From positions 1-40,944 of the forward strand of contig JAYUIJ010000092.1 in the NCBI GenBank assembly GCA_043766165.1: a DNA stretch of 40,944 nt, read 5' to 3'. The stretch comes from Candidatus Kerfeldbacteria bacterium (GTDB lineage Bacteria > Patescibacteriota > Patescibacteriia > SBBC01 > CAIJZX01). The position numbers were made by a program, and so were the translations under genes. The notes beneath the pieces were generated by a model. It was not told the origin of the DNA, did no database searches, and saw only the letters and a program-made list of their open reading frames with translations. Positions 40,247 through 40,944 of the stretch are shown here, one piece after another; the stretch's first letter is position 1, and each line of letters starts with the position of its first letter.

Positions 40247-40933
40247 CTACTTCAGCCGTTGTTGCTCAAGATTGCGCTGAATTTCTTCCCGTGCCTGATC
40301 TAGAATTTTTTGACGTTCAACTGAAGTTTGAGCTACTTTCATCCGGACTTGGTACTGCTGATAGGCTTTATCGAGAGCCGGGAAATCACTAATGGGTCGC
40401 CTGATCGGCGTCCAGGATACATCGGCACGCTGATCGGGAAAACCATAGACGTCCATCCCACCGTTAGGACCGTCGATCGCGATGTGCATGGCGTAATCAT
40501 CGACCGTCATCGAACCAAGAAACCGACCATCACGGCTTACCAAGAAACGATCAAGGTCATCAAATGACCGTGTATTTGTTATCTCTCTCGCGTGCTTAAT
40601 TCGATCAGCGGTAAGCACTCCCCGCTCAGTCAGCGCGTGAAAATGGGCATAGGCACGTCCCTCGTCCTTGGCGAATCCTGCCGACATATCGAGGTTTTCC
40701 GCGCCACGATTAAAGACATAATCCGCGGTCCCCGGACCACCGATCCGATCAACGTCCTTCAACATATCAATATATTTCCCGTGTCTGAAATGATCCCAAT
40801 ATTGTTCTTGACCGATAGTTTGGGCGACAATATCGACTCCGGCTAACTGATCGGCATACCCCGATTCATCAAACGACAGGTGACAGGCGGCATCTAACCG
40901 ATGTCGAAGATATTCGGCCGAACCTTCATACAA
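40247..40933 (-). CDS. hypothetical protein, 228 aa
   Basis: Long ORF with GGAGA 7 nt before the ATG at 40933 and a coiled-coil-like C-terminus (QKILDQAREEIQRNLEQQRLK). No family recognised. The promoter would lie beyond the window end. Confidence 0.55.
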   Translation of the reverse strand: MYEGSAEYLRHRLDAACHLSFDESGYADQLAGVDIVAQTIGQEQYWDHFRHGKYIDMLKDVDRIGGPGTADYVFNRGAENLDMSAGFAKDEGRAYAHFHALTERGVLTADRIKHAREITNTRSFDDLDRFLVSRDGRFLGSMTVDDYAMHIAIDGPNGGMDVYGFPDQRADVSWTPIRRPISDFPALDKAYQQYQVRMKVAQTSVERQKILDQAREEIQRNLEQQRLK

Positions 40934-40944
40934 ATTTCTCCGCA

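Noticed and set aside
1-40944. CRISPR array, diversity-generating retroelement, retron, prophage or integrase-bounded island.
   Set aside because: Repeats are palindromic, few in number and irregularly spaced, so there is no repeat-spacer periodicity. No ORF carries reverse-transcriptase (YxDD), Cas, integrase/recombinase, capsid or terminase motifs. No VR/TR-like long near-duplicate was seen at gene 3' ends.

Overview
Gene-dense bacterial chromosomal segment of 40.9 kb at roughly 50% GC. I count about 45 credible CDS, 3 clean tRNA genes, 1 aberrant tRNA-like locus, and no rRNA or CRISPR. Housekeeping genes are gyrA (5' part, runs off the window start), a 4-domain rpsA, ftsH, an rluD-family synthase, rplS, a MacB-type ABC pair, a gpsA-like gene and a D-2-hydroxyacid dehydrogenase. 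A long minus-strand run combines copper handling with disulfide-bond formation: ArsR-YHS regulator, CopA, a DsbD_2/cupredoxin fusion and CopZ, then DsbA, a GpsA-like protein and a 4-Cys membrane protein. A separate divergent csoR/bdbC pair carries CsoR-type boxes. About half of the genes are orphans. Most have their own near-consensus TTGACA-N16/17-TAnnnT promoter and a hairpin terminator, and several plus-strand genes look leaderless. The gene content, a free-standing four-helix-bundle 'IVS protein' cassette, a RAYT/IS200-like HUH gene and abundant GC-rich palindromic repeats suggest a small-genome Patescibacteria/CPR-like organism; that placement is inference only. Four things most deserve a second look. 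(1) A 7.4-kb block of secreted or surface proteins (9853-17264) includes three beta-barrel-like proteins, two of them distant paralogs. (2) A structured noncoding repeat family has three copies (15643-15912, 17520-17758, 39070-39233) with compensatory stem changes and strand-specific G-U pairs. (3) A unit of about 340 nt bounded by a promoter and a terminator has no credible ORF (28582-28963). (4) A tRNA-Cys-like gene has an acceptor stem that does not pair, next to a duplicated tRNA 5' half, and the window also carries a tRNA-Ile(UAU). No polymerase, reverse transcriptase, Cas, integrase or recognisable defence enzyme was seen. All function calls rest on motif recognition by eye.
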